A DNA stretch of 63,749 nucleotides. Origin: Campylobacterales bacterium. GTDB taxonomy: Bacteria; Campylobacterota; Campylobacteria; Campylobacterales; JAABSR01. A program made the translations under genes and the position numbers. This document shows, one piece after another, positions 62,202 to 63,749 of this stretch (its first letter is position 1; each line of letters opens with the position of its first letter). Under the pieces are notes generated by a model. That model was not told where the DNA came from. It did no database searches and was given only the letters and a program-made list of their open reading frames with translations. The DNA lies in assembly GCA_011390245.1 (NCBI GenBank), contig JAABSR010000001.1, forward strand, positions 1-63,749, in the 5' to 3' direction.

Positions 62202-62438
62202 CTAGCTCTTAAGAGCTCTATCTATTCTATTTTTATCAAATCCACAAATCCACTCAGAACCTACAAGAACTACAGGCACGCCCCTACATCCATGCTTTTG
62301 ACAATCTTTTGCCGCTTGAGTATCTCTGCTTATATCAATCTCTCTAAATCTTACTTTGTTCTTTTTGAAATGAGATTTTGCCACACCACACCAGCTACAT
62401 CCTGGAGAAGTAAACAAAACTACCCTCTTTTGAGCCAT
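62202..62438 (-). CDS. Glutaredoxin-family small redox protein
   Basis: 78 aa; CSWC active site and a GVPVV cis-Pro region. Confidence 0.75.
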   Translation of the reverse strand: MAQKRVVLFTSPGCSWCGVAKSHFKKNKVRFREIDISRDTQAAKDCQKHGCRGVPVVLVGSEWICGFDKNRIDRALKS

Positions 62439-62502
62439 TATTTCACTCCAATCTTCATAAAATAATCTATGGATTTTATAAAAAATCTACTAAATAGGAG
62501 GT

Positions 62503-63749
62503 TTAGCTTGATTTACAAGGTATGGTTATTACAAATTCAGCACCGCCATCACTACTATTTTGGGCTTCTATTTTAGCTTCTAGCGTCTCTTTTAAAATCA
62601 GTTTTGACATATATAGCCCAATACCACTGCCATCTTTACCTTTTGTACTAAAGTGAGCACAAAATAGTTTTGGAATTATCTCTTCATCTATACCAGTACC
62701 ATTATCGCTTAAAAGTATTACAACACCCTCTTCTCTTTTGAAGCATAAGATTACTATTTTTCCCTCATACTCATAGTTCTTTTTGGATTCTATCTCTCTT
62801 TTTTTATTTATAGCATCTATGCCATTGTTGATAAGATTCAAGATAACCTGTTTGAACTCATTTGGAAAACCAGAAATTGATATATCTTTTTCACACACTA
62901 TCTCTATATTGACATACATGACTTTTGTTTTTGGCTCTATCAGTCTTCTAACATCTTTTAAAGATTCCAATAAAGAAAATTTAATTTTGGTTCTTGAAGG
63001 TTTAAAAAACTCTCTAAAGTCACTAATAGTCTGATTTAGATAGGTAAGTTGAGCATGTACACTATCGCAGTAGCTATCTATAGTATTCTTATTTAGTTTC
63101 CCCTCCTCAAAATTATCTCTATGTACATCAGCTAGCATACTAAGAGCTGTGATTGGTTGTCTCCACTGATGTGTTATAAAGCCTATCATCTCTCCAACAG
63201 CAGCCATTTTGCTCTGCTCCATAAGAAGTTGCTCATTTTGCCTTCTCTTCTCTACCTCCTCTTTTACCTTTATCTCTAGCTCATTTTTGTAACCCTCTAG
63301 CTCATTTTGAAACTTCATTCTAAGCCTTATCTCACTTCTGATTTTTTCAAGCGATTTTGAAGATAGATACCTAATTGCCAAAAGACCAAAAAGTAGAAAA
63401 AGAAAAGCTACTAAAAGAAGTCTTGAGTAGTGGTTGTCTGCTATGTGATAGAACTCACCTTTATCTATACTCACCAACAAAACAAGGTTGGTATTATCTA
63501 TCTCTCTAGCCTTCAAGAGAAATTTACCCTCATCTCTTTTTTGCTCAATCAGTAGATTCTCAAATAGCAACCCATCCCAACTCTCTTTATCTAGCTCTAT
63601 CTCTATCTTTTTATCATCTCTTAGGATGTAGAGTGGGTTAAACCTATTCTCAACTATATGTCCTAGCATAGATTCTCCAGCACCTCCAAAGCCCTCATAA
63701 TTTGCAATGATCTCATGCAAAATATCTGCCTTGTAAACCACAATCCCAT
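62503..63749 (-). CDS. Sensor histidine kinase (N-terminus probably beyond the window end)
   Basis: H-box HQWRQPIT, N-box NLINNGIDA, G-boxes DNGTGI and GSGIGLY. Only one TM (LLLVAFLFLLFGLLAI) follows a sensor-like region, and the frame stays open from the GTG at 63741 to the window edge, so the 5' end is likely truncated. Confidence 0.8.
   Translation of the reverse strand, partial: GIVVYKADILHEIIANYEGFGGAGESMLGHIVENRFNPLYILRDDKKIEIELDKESWDGLLFENLLIEQKRDEGKFLLKAREIDNTNLVLLVSIDKGEFYHIADNHYSRLLLVAFLFLLFGLLAIRYLSSKSLEKIRSEIRLRMKFQNELEGYKNELEIKVKEEVEKRRQNEQLLMEQSKMAAVGEMIGFITHQWRQPITALSMLADVHRDNFEEGKLNKNTIDSYCDSVHAQLTYLNQTISDFREFFKPSRTKIKFSLLESLKDVRRLIEPKTKVMYVNIEIVCEKDISISGFPNEFKQVILNLINNGIDAINKKREIESKKNYEYEGKIVILCFKREEGVVILLSDNGTGIDEEIIPKLFCAHFSTKGKDGSGIGLYMSKLILKETLEAKIEAQNSSDGGAEFVITIPCKSS

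Noticed and set aside
62503-63741. The GTG at 63739-63741 as the true start of the last histidine kinase.
   Set aside because: The frame remains open to the window edge, and the predicted protein would lack the first TM helix expected before its extracytoplasmic sensor region. It is reported as a 5'-truncated gene instead.

Overview
This is an AT-rich chromosomal segment whose gene content and local synteny match a Campylobacterota (Epsilonproteobacteria) core genome. All calls come from reading the supplied translations and the DNA by eye; no searches were run.

The window holds about 75 protein genes and 5 tRNAs:
- Cell envelope: uppS, mrdA, rlpA, a LysM lytic transglycosylase, kdsC-lptC-lptA, waaA, lgt.
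- Central metabolism: four-subunit pyruvate:ferredoxin oxidoreductase porGDAB, tal, argB, thrC, hisB, ribE, coaBC, luxS.
- Translation: rplM-rpsI, gltX, glyQ, and tRNA-Ser plus a Lys-Glu-Val-Asp tRNA cluster.
- Cytochrome c maturation: ccdA and fused ccsBA.
- Molybdate uptake: modA, a Mop/TOBE gene, modB and modC.
- Flagella and chemotaxis: pseB, cheV, flgF/flgG behind a sigma-54 promoter, a FlhB C-terminal-like protein, an HP0958-like zinc-ribbon protein and an MCP.
- Signalling: three sensor kinase or sensor genes, four response regulators and one REC-PAS-GGDEF-EAL protein.

I see no transposase, integrase, CRISPR array, restriction-modification gene or recognisable defence gene. I do not see convincing evidence for a novel multi-gene system.

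The best leads are local oddities:
- An AAA+ ATPase cassette wedged between modB and modC. It is bracketed by a 10-bp inverted repeat with iterated 9-mers, and a 14-codon coupling mini-ORF restores the modC start.
- A 74/75-bp tandem duplication carrying a duplicated near-consensus promoter, upstream of a heme-less small secreted protein plus a Tat-signal flavocytochrome-c-sulfide-dehydrogenase-like flavoprotein.
- A 12-bp perfect inverted repeat with ModE-box-like half-sites overlapping the predicted modA promoter.
- A GC-rich nested-hairpin intergenic element downstream of ribE.
- An MCP with a periplasmic CXXCH heme motif, followed by a STAS-like small gene.

Two coding regions at the window edges and several small ORFs under 60 aa are missing from the supplied ORF track.
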